A DNA stretch of 46,523 nt from Candidatus Nomurabacteria bacterium (lineage in GTDB: Bacteria; Patescibacteriota; Minisyncoccia; Phycocordibacterales; UBA2100): positions 1 through 46,523 of the forward strand of contig CALRFU010000002.1 in NCBI GenBank assembly GCA_943356775.1, read 5' to 3'. Positions 1 to 8,470 of this stretch are shown piece after piece (within the stretch, counting starts at the first letter, position 1; each line of letters opens with the position of its first letter). The notes under the pieces were generated by a model. It did no database searches. It worked only from the letters and a program-made list of their open reading frames with translations, and was not told where the DNA came from. Position numbers and translations under genes: made by a program.

Positions 1-847
1 CTGTGGCGGCTTCCATTTTCTTCGGATTACCGAGTACATCCGATGCGACACTTCCGTCACGCTGCACCAGAGCACGGATAATGCGGAAATAGATGCATTC
101 CTTCTTGATCTTTTGTGCAATTTGCCATTGGACCGTGCTTTTCACATTCGTTTGTATCGTCGAGATGATTGCGGGGATTCTTTCTACGAGTGCCTCCAAC
201 TCCCCTTCCGCGCCGTCTTTCCATTGCGGAACGTAGAGGAGCCATAAGGCATAGGACAATGAGGCATCGTCTGAACCAAGCAGAGCGCGCCGACAAGCGC
301 AGCGCACCTGAACCTCGAGATGTTCTTTTTCAAATTCCGCGCCCTCTATCCTCGGCTGAACCGTTTTGTAGAAAGCCTGCACGACGGCATCGTCGAGCTG
401 ATGTTCGCGCGGCGCGATGACAGACTCGACTTCGCTTGCTACAAAACTAAGGATGGTGCGCTTGAGTAAGGCCGGGCCGTCGAGAAGCGGTTCAATACGG
501 AGAAATTTATTGATGCTGAGTGTAACCTGACGCGCCACATCCCGCGTCGCACCGCTCCGCGGCAAGTATCCCCCTTCCACGAGCTCGACAAGAAGCGAGC
601 GCGCATCTACCGCCCTGCGTTCGATGAGTATCCAACGTTTGAGAATGCGCTCAATGGCGCTCCGGCGTACCGCGTGCTCTTCCTGATAGTCGACGACATA
701 CCGTAAATTCTCGTAGAGCGAGGCGGCGGGATTCGCGGCGCGGCTCTCATCGATAACGACTTCACTGTCTTCCGCGGGAGACTCGCGCGTCTCGTATCCC
801 CGCATACGGAAGAGGAGCTGCTGAATGGGTTGCGATAAGGGCTGCAT
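1..847 (-). CDS. Conserved hypothetical protein, partial (runs off window start); absent from the ORF track
   Basis: Manual translation from ATG 847 gives MQPLSQPIQQLLFRMRGYETRESPAEDSEVVIDESRAANPAASLYENLRYVVDYQEEHAVRRSAIERILKRW...LLVELVEGGYLP...; no stop seen in the part read; the YExLRxxxDYxEEHxxRRxAIERILKR motif resembles a CPR-type conserved protein. Confidence 0.8.
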   Translation of the reverse strand, partial: MQPLSQPIQQLLFRMRGYETRESPAEDSEVVIDESRAANPAASLYENLRYVVDYQEEHAVRRSAIERILKRWILIERRAVDARSLLVELVEGGYLPRSGATRDVARQVTLSINKFLRIEPLLDGPALLKRTILSFVASEVESVIAPREHQLDDAVVQAFYKTVQPRIEGAEFEKEHLEVQVRCACRRALLGSDDASLSYALWLLYVPQWKDGAEGELEALVERIPAIISTIQTNVKSTVQWQIAQKIKKECIYFRIIRALVQRDGSVASDVLGNPKKMEAAT

Positions 848-1324
848 GAGGTATGAATGATTGGCTGGCTGTGCTCCGAAGACTGGACGCGATTAGGATA
901 CATTTAAGCACATCTCAGGTAGCCCCGCGAGGCATATCCGGGGTTGAATCGGGTGCTATTACAGTCGCGGGGAACAACGATTCCCGCCCGTTGCGGTGAC
1001 CTCCAAGGTCGAGCACGAGGAAGTGCCCCTCAATGTCGAGATAATACGTCGGACCAAGTGCCGGAAGCTCGATATCGCCCCCGGCTACCGTTTACGCGCA
1101 AGGGTATGTCTGACTCGCCCGGCTCTTAGATTTCACCAGTATACTCTCGCCCACATCCGGCCTCCCCCGCGTAACAACGAAATATTCCGCGCTCAAAATG
1201 TCTCCGTATCAATTTGCGCTTGCGGCCGCTTCTGCTACCATTTCCTCATACAAGATTGGTGTCTAACGAACGGGGTCCACTACACTTCGACACGATACTC
1301 ACTTATGCTAACCAACCTACTGGG

Positions 1325-1396
1325 CTCTCCGGGTAGGATTCGAACCTACAACTTACTCCTTAACAGGGAGCCACTCTACCATTGAGTTACCGGAGA
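1325..1396 (-). tRNA. tRNA-Asn(GTT)
   Basis: Cloverleaf with acceptor TCTCCGG/CCGGAGA, anticodon loop CTGTTAA and T-arm GTAGG-TTCGAAT-CCTAC. Confidence 0.95.
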
Positions 1397-1461
1397 ATAT
1401 TGCCGCCAAATGTCGAAACGGCTGTGTCGCAGTATAGCCAAAAACGGCTTGTTCGCAATAT

Positions 1462-1491
1462 AAAACTGGGCGGGAGAGGTCCCCCGCCCAG
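1462..1491 (-). terminator. Intrinsic terminator of the 1522-1953 gene
   Basis: CTGGGCGGG...CCCGCCCAG stem followed by TTTT on the minus strand. Confidence 0.7.
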
Positions 1492-1521
1492 AACACTTGT
1501 CGGCCGACTCAACGTGGCCGA

Positions 1522-1953
1522 TCAGGCGGCTGCGTGGACCTGCGCCTTCGCTGGTGCGGGAACGCGCGCGATCATCTCGTACAACTTGGCGAGCGGGATG
1601 ATTGTGAAGCCGGCGGCTGCTTCGACGAAGTTGATTACCTGGCCAACGGTGCGCTTTTCGGCGTCGTTGAAGATCCAGATATTCCGCCGTTCGGAGCTGC
1701 TCTTCATGTGAGCGTAGAGCAATTGACGCGCCTCGGCAACTGCGTTCGTGCCGTATTGCGTCCCAAAACGCATGAGCGCGACGTCGATGCAGAGAGAACT
1801 CATTTGCCGCACCGTCGTCGGATCGGGATCGAAGTCGACGTATGAGCCGTCGGCCTTATATCCCCACCCTCGCGCCCACGAAGCAGGATTCGCCCGGAAT
1901 TCCGCGGCGACCCGACCGAGCAGGGATTGCCCTGCAGACATCGGTTTACTCAT
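1522..1953 (-). CDS. Hypothetical protein, DUF6197-like (W..G...C...FND...RT..V pattern)
   Basis: 143-aa ORF with GGAGGT SD and its own terminator; motif resemblance only. Confidence 0.6.
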   Translation of the reverse strand: MSKPMSAGQSLLGRVAAEFRANPASWARGWGYKADGSYVDFDPDPTTVRQMSSLCIDVALMRFGTQYGTNAVAEARQLLYAHMKSSSERRNIWIFNDAEKRTVGQVINFVEAAAGFTIIPLAKLYEMIARVPAPAKAQVHAAA

Positions 1954-2033
1954 CGCACACCTCCGTTCAAAACGCGGTCTCAGTTGACCGCTTTTGGACT
2001 ATAGCACCAAAAAATTATGGTTCTAGCCTTCAC

Positions 2034-2603
2034 TTATTTGGCACAATACTCACTGCGCCGAGCGAGCATATCCTGTAAACGCGGATGCGTCTCGAGGATA
2101 CGGGCTTCCTCTTCGCACCATTCGGAATAGAATCCCGGGCGCGAACGAAGTTCTTCGAGGAATTCAGACCAGGGTACCCAGCGCGTCGCCTCGACCTCAT
2201 CCGCGTTTGGCTTTGGTTGGTCGAGAGTGAAACCCGCAAGTATCGGGCAGATTTCATTCTCCATCACGCCATCCCGCACAAACGTATAACGGTATGGTGA
2301 GATTTTCTCGATATGCGTCGCGCTCATGCGAAGCTCATGCGCGAGGCGACGCTTCGCGGCATCAACGTTCGTCTCGTTGAGAGCGGGGTGGCCGCAAACG
2401 CTATTGGACCAGACGAGCGGCCACGTCTTTTTCGTGTGGCTTCTCTGCTGGAGCAAGATGCGTCCCGCTTGATCAAAAAGAAAAAATGAAAAGCCCCGAT
2501 GCAGTGGCGTCGCAGCCGTGTGCACCGAAGACTTCGGCGAGGTGCCGAGCACGTTGTTCTTTTCGTCCACGAGCACCACGACTTCTGCAGGTTGCATATT
2601 CAT
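2034..2603 (-). CDS. idi: Isopentenyl-diphosphate delta-isomerase, type 1
   Basis: LHRGFSFFLF, LLQQRS..KKTWP..WSNSVCGHP, ENEICP motifs; start placed at MNMQP. Confidence 0.93.
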   Translation of the reverse strand: MNMQPAEVVVLVDEKNNVLGTSPKSSVHTAATPLHRGFSFFLFDQAGRILLQQRSHTKKTWPLVWSNSVCGHPALNETNVDAAKRRLAHELRMSATHIEKISPYRYTFVRDGVMENEICPILAGFTLDQPKPNADEVEATRWVPWSEFLEELRSRPGFYSEWCEEEARILETHPRLQDMLARRSEYCAK

Positions 2604-2723
2604 AACGTTGTAACTCCTGCTTATTGCGACAAAGAGCTGCACCGGAGTCTGAGTGAATCTCGGAGTCCGTCAGCCATGTAATAGTATTGGTTAAAAGTAT
2701 GCCTCAGTCAAATGCAATTCTAA

Positions 2724-2752
2724 TTGACCTCACCGACTCAACACACTAAGAT
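2724..2752 (+). promoter_or_regulatory. Putative sigma70 promoter of the NUDIX gene
   Basis: TTGACC-17 nt-TAAGAT. Confidence 0.55.
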
Positions 2753-2801
2753 GCAACTTGGCTCGTTCAAAGATTCACTCCAACACAGAAGGAATTCTCT
2801 C

Positions 2802-3287
2802 ATGACGAAACATCTACGTCTGCGAGCGGTGGCGCTTGTCGTCGCAAATCCCGCAGGCGAAATTCTCGTCCTGCAGGAAACTGTGAACAAACCTCACATC
2901 GGCAAGTATCAGGGTATGTGGTCTATACCCATGGAGACCTGCGAGACGGGAGGAAGTTACCTCTCGACACTCAGGCAGCTTCATGAGGAAGAGCTCGGAG
3001 GGCTTCTCTCCATCCAGATGCCCGCAAGACGCATTGGGGCCTACCGAGTGGCGCCTAATATATGGGCGCAACTCCACGCCACGACCTCGTCGACCTACCA
3101 TTTGCCGTCGGTCTTTGGCGATGAGTCGGAGGTCAGGAATCATCAGTGGGTACCCATCCAAGAAGCAATCGGTCTGTGGCTTCGGAGAGGTGCCCTTGAG
3201 ATGATTCGGGACTACGCTGGAGGGCGCGAAGACGTCCTGCGCCGAAGGTGCAGTGAAGTACGGACACAAGAATTCGTGCGGACATGA
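2802..3287 (+). CDS. NUDIX-fold hydrolase (degenerate Nudix box)
   Basis: AVALVVANPAGEILVLQE...WSIPMETCETG...LRQLHEEELG...EVRNHQWVP. Confidence 0.7.
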   Translation: MTKHLRLRAVALVVANPAGEILVLQETVNKPHIGKYQGMWSIPMETCETGGSYLSTLRQLHEEELGGLLSIQMPARRIGAYRVAPNIWAQLHATTSSTYHLPSVFGDESEVRNHQWVPIQEAIGLWLRRGALEMIRDYAGGREDVLRRRCSEVRTQEFVRT

Positions 3288-3305
3288 GTGCCCGCACAAC
3301 AATAC

Positions 3306-3337
3306 CGAACGCATTCCTACAATTGGGGGTGCGTTCG
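3306..3337. terminator. Hairpin between the convergent NUDIX and gmk genes
   Basis: CGAACGCATTCCT...GGGGGTGCGTTCG inverted repeat. Confidence 0.55.
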
Positions 3338-3359
3338 TTCTACATATGGACGTGTCTTC

Positions 3360-3995
3360 CTACACTTTTGAAACCGCAAGCACTTTCTTTCTCATCGATT
3401 CAACTAAAGATGTTAGATCTTCATTGACAACGATATGATCAAAGAGGTCTTTTCGTTCTCTTAAGAGGGTCATGTCCTGCTCCGCATTTTTTAGCCGATC
3501 AAGAATATGCTGCTCGGTATCGCGCCCACGGCCGCGAAGACGATGGAGAAGTTGGCTGAGTCTCGTGCGCTTACTGTTTCCCGGCGGTAGCAGCCCGAAC
3601 GACAGGAGAGAGCGACGACCATAGTAATCTGCGAGGCCTTCGAGAAGCTGCAACTCAGTCACGACGCTCGGTATCTTGCCTGAATTCCAGACCGTCTCGA
3701 TATCGGCACCCCGATAGCCATACTGGCGATTCTCGGTTGAAGACGGAATCTGCGCTGTTGCAACGAGAATTCCACCTCGTTTCATTCGTTCAAATTCTTT
3801 CTGCGTCACATAGACGTATTCTCCGTCGTCGCCCTGTTTTGGGTTCCGTGTTGTGATAATTGCTATGTTCTCGATGTATTCAGAACCTACCCCTGCAAGC
3901 ATTCTACGTATTGTCGATTTACCTACGCCCGAAGGACCCGTGAGGGCGAGTATATAACCAGGGAATTTTCGCGGAGCGGAAGTGATATGGTTCAT
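3360..3995 (-). CDS. gmk: Guanylate kinase
   Basis: P-loop GPSGVGKST, TTRNPK, EYVYV..KEF, YG, RLRGRGRDT. Confidence 0.85.
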   Translation of the reverse strand: MNHITSAPRKFPGYILALTGPSGVGKSTIRRMLAGVGSEYIENIAIITTRNPKQGDDGEYVYVTQKEFERMKRGGILVATAQIPSSTENRQYGYRGADIETVWNSGKIPSVVTELQLLEGLADYYGRRSLLSFGLLPPGNSKRTRLSQLLHRLRGRGRDTEQHILDRLKNAEQDMTLLRERKDLFDHIVVNEDLTSLVESMRKKVLAVSKV

Positions 3996-4073
3996 GCTTG
4001 GTATACGTATGTGCCCATACTACAGGAGTCTTTCGTCAGACGGTACTTCCTTGCTATTATCGGACGTAAGTCT

Positions 4074-4760
4074 ATGAGTGGAAAATCAAACGTTCCTGCA
4101 TGTATCGGCATTATCCTCGATGGTAATCGTCGTTGGGCAAAAGAGAACAGACTCCCCTCCTTCGAAGGTCACCGACGAGGGATGAACAACGTTGAGCCAA
4201 TTGCCTTTGCAGCACGAGACCTAGGGATACAACACATGATCGTATATGCATTTTCGACAGAAAATTGGAATCGTTCCAAAGAGGAAGTCTCGTATCTCAT
4301 GGAAATATTCGAGTCTACGATACGCGAGCGCTTAGCGGAATTTGCGAAAGAACATATAGCGGTGCGTTTTGTGGGGCAGATAGAACGCTTCCCCCAAACC
4401 CTCCAAGACGCAATGCGCGCTACAGAAGAAAAAAATCCGCGAGAGCCTCTGCTTACGATATGGATATGTATTTCATATGGCAGCAAGGCGGAGATGGTAC
4501 ACGCCGCGCGAGCCGCACAGGAGGCAAACGAGACCATCACCGAAGAGTCTCTCGCAGGGCACCTGTGGACATCTGGAATGCCCGACCCAGATCTCATCAT
4601 TCGGACGGGAGGAGAAAAACGCCTCTCCAACTTCCTTTTGTGGCAAGGTGCATACAGCGAGCTATTTTTCTTGGATATACATTGGCCAGCATTTACGGAA
4701 ACAGACCTAAAAAAAGTCCTGAGTGAATACGCTACGCGCGAGCGACGTTTGGGGAAATAA
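4074..4760 (+). CDS. uppS: Undecaprenyl/polyprenyl diphosphate synthase
   Basis: IILDGNRRWAK, YAFSTENWNR, DPDLIIRTGGEKRLSNFLLWQGAYSEL. Confidence 0.96.
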   Translation: MSGKSNVPACIGIILDGNRRWAKENRLPSFEGHRRGMNNVEPIAFAARDLGIQHMIVYAFSTENWNRSKEEVSYLMEIFESTIRERLAEFAKEHIAVRFVGQIERFPQTLQDAMRATEEKNPREPLLTIWICISYGSKAEMVHAARAAQEANETITEESLAGHLWTSGMPDPDLIIRTGGEKRLSNFLLWQGAYSELFFLDIHWPAFTETDLKKVLSEYATRERRLGK

Positions 4761-4781
4761 GGGCTGCACCCTCTCAAAGAA

Positions 4782-4815
4782 CCCCGAAGCAGAGCAAAGC
4801 TCGCTACGGGGCAGG
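4782..4815. repeat. REP-like short palindrome
   Basis: CCCCGAAGCAGAGC-AAA-GCTCGCTACGGGG followed by CAGG. Confidence 0.5.
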
Positions 4816-4848
4816 CATCGCGCGTTTCCGAACACTAAGCCCAAGCGA

Positions 4849-4966
4849 GGCTCGCAGTACCTTTGCGAACCTCGCGCAACAAATATTCGTACCGTAACGA
4901 TATACCGTAGTGGTGATACGGGAGCAAGCAGGTACTTTCGTACCGTTCGCAAAGGTACTGCGAGCC
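4849..4966. repeat. Perfect 22-bp inverted repeat enclosing 74 nt (MITE-like or structured RNA)
   Basis: GGCTCGCAGTACCTTTGCGAAC (4849-4870) / GTTCGCAAAGGTACTGCGAGCC (4945-4966). Confidence 0.75.
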
Positions 4967-4989
4967 GAAGGTTCCTAACCAACGCGCAC

Positions 4990-5021
4990 AAAAAGCCGCG
5001 GCCCCTTACGGGGCCGCGGCT
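4990..5021 (-). terminator. Intrinsic terminator of the SWIB gene
   Basis: 12-bp GC-rich stem AGCCGCGGCCCC/GGGGCCGCGGCT with GTAA loop and T-tract on the minus strand. Confidence 0.8.
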
Positions 5022-5041
5022 GGAAATTCTGTCTAGAACCC

Positions 5042-5299
5042 TTACTTCATGTGTGCCGAGACGAGCTTCGTCATCTCGAACATTGTGACTTCACCCTTGC
5101 CTCCGAAAAGGGCCTTCAGCTTGTCGTCCGCCAGGATGTTGCGCTTATTGGCAGGATTCTGGAGGTTGTTTGCCTTGATGTAGACCCAGATCTGCTTGAC
5201 CACCTGTCCGCGTGACATTGGACCCTTACCTACGACTGCCTCGAGTTCAGGAGTGAGGTTGAGGGGCTTTAATAATGCTGGATTTGCTGTTCGTACCAT
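5042..5299 (-). CDS. SWIB/MDM2 domain protein
   Basis: LKPLNLTPELEAVVG..PMSRGQVVKQIWVYIKANNLQNPANKRNILADDKLKALFGG..VTMFEM; start at MVRTAN. Confidence 0.92.
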   Translation of the reverse strand: MVRTANPALLKPLNLTPELEAVVGKGPMSRGQVVKQIWVYIKANNLQNPANKRNILADDKLKALFGGKGEVTMFEMTKLVSAHMK

Positions 5300-5375
5300 A
5301 ATGGCAATGTTATTTACTTGTATGGAGGGATTATAGCCCCTGGCAAGGTATACGCTAGGGCACCAGTGTATAACA

Positions 5376-5501
5376 CCGCACGCGAGTGTGCCCCGCTGAA
5401 AGTGGGGTCGAGAGTCGGCTGTAAGCCGATGCGAGAGCGTTATGCCCGCGCGTACTCGCGCGGGCATAACGCCACAGGCCGCCCAAGGGCGGCCTGTGGC
5501 G
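5376..5501 (+). repeat. Multi-hairpin intergenic element (related to 42739-42930)
   Basis: Successive hairpins with GCGA, GAA(A) and GTAA loops, a perfect 16-bp stem with TACT loop (5437-5472) and a 15-bp inverted repeat (5470-5501). Confidence 0.6.
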
Positions 5502-5517
5502 AAAAACAACTTTCAAA

Positions 5518-5742
5518 CTACATCGAGCTACAATTCCTGCAGATGCCCTTGTGATTCACGACCTCGTAGACCGCAGAGAGACCCACGAGTACGTACACGA
5601 GCGATTCCACCTGTGGCCAAGAGCCGAGAAGCATGGAAACAACGTTCAATTCGGCTCCCATGAATCCACCAAGGCCCACCAAAAGCCAGTTAAGGCCTCC
5701 TACGACGAGGAGTACCCAAGCGACCATGTGCACATTTTTCAT
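5518..5742 (-). CDS. DUF378 family small membrane protein
   Basis: LLVVGGLNWLLVGL...VYVLVGLSAVY. Confidence 0.88.
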   Translation of the reverse strand: MKNVHMVAWVLLVVGGLNWLLVGLGGFMGAELNVVSMLLGSWPQVESLVYVLVGLSAVYEVVNHKGICRNCSSM

Positions 5743-5889
5743 ATATATTGGAGAGAAGAGATTGACTAGTAAAGTCGACCCGTTAATAGCACCCAATCAG
5801 TATGAACTCTTTTATGAAGCGCGCCACTCAGTTATCCACTCGAATCGCTTCGCTCGCTCGTGGCAAGCCATTCCCATAATCAAGCTTTT

Positions 5890-6336
5890 TTAAGCCTCTT
5901 CCCGCTTTTTGAGCTCTGCCTCGTAAATTCGCTCGCGTAGGGCGGTCGTCGAAAAATTATGCCCGCGTGAATTGAAATACATCTCTATCGGCAATTTATG
6001 TCCGGTGTACTCTTTCCCCTCCCAATCAGCCCCAATAATCCTAATGTCGGGCTTGATGGTGACAAGGAGGTCGTATAAATCCTTTTCGCTGCTGTACACG
6101 ACGACCTCATCAATGTACCGGATGCCCTCGAGAATAATGCGACGTTCTTCGAGCGACATGATGGGCTTATTCTTCTTCTTGCCCCGGTAGTCACCCTCTG
6201 TCTGCGAAGGATCATCTTGCAATGCGACGATAAGATAACCGCAGACCCCCTTCGCCTCTTTGAAAACCAGCATGTGCCCGGCGTGACAGAGGTCGAACGC
6301 TCCGGCCGTAATTCCCACCTTCTTGCCGTCTTTCAT
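5890..6336 (-). CDS. Cytidylyltransferase family protein (TagD/RfaE2-like)
   Basis: GAFDLCHAGH (HIGH-type), YLIVAL..D, ER..IL..IRYIDEVV, STT.LR. Confidence 0.88.
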   Translation of the reverse strand: MKDGKKVGITAGAFDLCHAGHMLVFKEAKGVCGYLIVALQDDPSQTEGDYRGKKKNKPIMSLEERRIILEGIRYIDEVVVYSSEKDLYDLLVTIKPDIRIIGADWEGKEYTGHKLPIEMYFNSRGHNFSTTALRERIYEAELKKREEA

Positions 6337-6382
6337 GGCAGAAGAATACCATAGAATACAGTGCGTATGCTAGAATGGCGGC

Positions 6383-6961
6383 ATGAAAACTGCGTTACTT
6401 GCTTCATACGAAAAGGACGAGGCTCTGCGAAGGCTGGGGAAGCTCCTTATCGATAACGGCTGGACGCTCCTTGGCTCTGCCGGTACCGCAAAGCACCTTA
6501 TGGACAATTCAATCCCCTGCCGCGACGTGGCGAGCATCGTGGGACCGCCTATCTTGGGTCACCGCGTGGTCACGCTCGCGCGCGAGGTCTACGCAGGACT
6601 CCTCTCAGCCACACCGGAAGATGCGAAGGAGCTGCGACATCTAGGAATCGCGCCCATAGATCTTGTATACGTAACCCTCTATCCACTCGAAGCGACGATT
6701 TCCGATACGACGTCGACACCCGAAGACGTCATTGAGAAAACTGACATCGGAGGACCGACGCTTTTGCGCGCAGCCGCAAAGGGTCGACGCCTCGCGCTAT
6801 CCAATCCAGACCAAATCGACGCGCTTGAATCGTGGATAAAGAACGGTTCACCGGAAAGTGAGCGCGAAGCTTTCGTTACGTATCTTGCGGCGGCGGCTGA
6901 GCGCCGTGTCGCCGATTACGTCAATGCATCTGCAACGTATTGGGAAAGCAAAACGGCGTAA
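6383..6961 (+). CDS. Stand-alone IMP cyclohydrolase-like (PurH N-terminal MGS-like) domain protein
   Basis: SAGTAKHL, LGHRVVTL, IDLVYVTLYP, DIGGPTLLRAAAK; only 192 aa, with no AICAR transformylase domain. Confidence 0.85.
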   Translation: MKTALLASYEKDEALRRLGKLLIDNGWTLLGSAGTAKHLMDNSIPCRDVASIVGPPILGHRVVTLAREVYAGLLSATPEDAKELRHLGIAPIDLVYVTLYPLEATISDTTSTPEDVIEKTDIGGPTLLRAAAKGRRLALSNPDQIDALESWIKNGSPESEREAFVTYLAAAAERRVADYVNASATYWESKTA

Positions 6962-6965
6962 TTAC

Positions 6966-7694
6966 ATGCAAAAACACTTTTTCTTCGACCTCGATAATAC
7001 GCTCACTCCGAGCAAGTCGCTCATTGAAGCGGCGCACCTTCCGATACTGAAGCGGCTCGCTGAGCGTGCCGACGTCATCGTTGTATCCGGACACGGCGAA
7101 GCGGATATCCGGAGCCACCTGACGGAAGCCCTTCACGGGGCCTTCTACACGCTCGGGCAAAACGGAAACCGGGCAAACACTAAAGACGGTGATATTTTGT
7201 GGAATAACTCTCTCCAACAGGGGCAGCGGGATTCAATACTTGCTTTCATAGCGAAGGCGCGGGCTTTGCTTAATTACACTGTTCGTGATGAGAATGACAT
7301 TGTAGAAGACCGTGATTCCCAAATAGCCTTCTCGCTCATCGGACACCACGAAGACAAAGCCAAGAAGGATGCTTTCGACCCTCGGCACGAAATTCGTTTT
7401 AAGCTTCTGACAGACCTTGCCTCGGACGTTGAAGCTCTGAAAGTCGCGAATGTAGAAGTACGCATCGGCGGTACAACGAATCTTGATTTTTTCGAGTACG
7501 GAAAGAACAAGGGGTACAACGTCAACCTCTTCATTGAAAAAATGGGATGGGACAAGTTAGATTGTATCTACATCGGAGACGCCCTTTTCCCAGGCGGAAA
7601 CGATGAGACCGTAGTCGGGGTCATCGCCACACACGCGGTCAAAGACTATAAGGAAACATATTCGTATCTTTCAGATATTCTATTAAACTCCTAA
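6966..7694 (+). CDS. HAD-IIB family hydrolase / phosphomannomutase-like
   Basis: FFDLDNTL, EDRDSQIAF, GGTTNLD, NKG, YIGDALFPGGND. Confidence 0.85.
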   Translation: MQKHFFFDLDNTLTPSKSLIEAAHLPILKRLAERADVIVVSGHGEADIRSHLTEALHGAFYTLGQNGNRANTKDGDILWNNSLQQGQRDSILAFIAKARALLNYTVRDENDIVEDRDSQIAFSLIGHHEDKAKKDAFDPRHEIRFKLLTDLASDVEALKVANVEVRIGGTTNLDFFEYGKNKGYNVNLFIEKMGWDKLDCIYIGDALFPGGNDETVVGVIATHAVKDYKETYSYLSDILLNS

Positions 7695-7699
7695 TCCGC

Positions 7700-8470
7700 A
7701 TGTCGGCTCCCGCACTCAAAATTACAGACCTGAAGAAGACCTACGCGACGGGCACTGTTGCTCTCAAAGGAGTCTCGCTGGAAATTCCTGAAGGCGACTT
7801 TTTTGCGCTCCTTGGTCCCAACGGAGCGGGCAAGACAACCATCATCGGTATCACAGCAGGTCTTGTAAACAAAACATCGGGCACTATCGAAGTCTTCGGC
7901 AAGAACACTGACACGGAAACCGAGCTCGCAAAGATGGACATCGGACTCGTCGGACAAGAGGTTAATTTTAATCCGTTTGAGAAGCCCATCAACATCGTCG
8001 TAAATCAGGCGGGCTACTACGGCATTCCCCGTTCTGTCGCCATCCCCCGCGCACGCAAACTTCTCACCGACCTCGGGCTCGCAGAAAAGATGGAACAGAA
8101 CTCCATGACGCTCTCAGGCGGTATGAAGCGCCGCCTTATGATTGCACGTGCACTTGTGAACGAACCGAAGTTCCTGATTCTCGATGAGCCGACCGCGGGC
8201 GTCGACGTCGAATTGCGCCGCGGCATGTGGGATTACCTCACGGGATTGAGTAAGAGCGGTCTTACCATCCTCCTCACGACCCACTATCTCGAAGAGGCCG
8301 AGCAACTCTGTAAGCATGTAGCCATCATCAACAAAGGAGAGATTGTGGCGCAAGGTGGCATGGAGGAGATACTGCAAAAGCACGGAAGCGACGAAGCAAA
8401 AAAAGAAGGCTACCGCGGCGGCCGACTCGAAGAAGTGTTCCTCAAGCTCACGAGCGAAAAAACAGTATGA
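7700..8470 (+). CDS. ABC transporter ATP-binding protein (YadG-like)
   Basis: GPNGAGKTT, LSGGMKRR, LILDEPTAGVD, TTHY. Confidence 0.95.
   Translation: MSAPALKITDLKKTYATGTVALKGVSLEIPEGDFFALLGPNGAGKTTIIGITAGLVNKTSGTIEVFGKNTDTETELAKMDIGLVGQEVNFNPFEKPINIVVNQAGYYGIPRSVAIPRARKLLTDLGLAEKMEQNSMTLSGGMKRRLMIARALVNEPKFLILDEPTAGVDVELRRGMWDYLTGLSKSGLTILLTTHYLEEAEQLCKHVAIINKGEIVAQGGMEEILQKHGSDEAKKEGYRGGRLEEVFLKLTSEKTV

Noticed and set aside
920-1130. RNase P RNA or tmRNA (GAGGAAGTGCCC on plus; GGGGGCGAT on minus)
   Set aside because: No GAGGAAAGUCC/ACAGAA..CGGC P4 pairing and no tRNA-like TTCGA...CCA end were found; the matches are too short.
996-1385. 129-aa plus-strand ORF
   Set aside because: Runs antisense through tRNA-Asn, with no recognisable motif or start signal.
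4723-5088. 121-aa ORF across the uppS-SWIB spacer, and the 5300-5509 N-terminal extension of the SWIB ORF
   Set aside because: Both translate palindromic non-coding DNA; the SWIB domain starts at ATG 5299 behind its own TATAAT.
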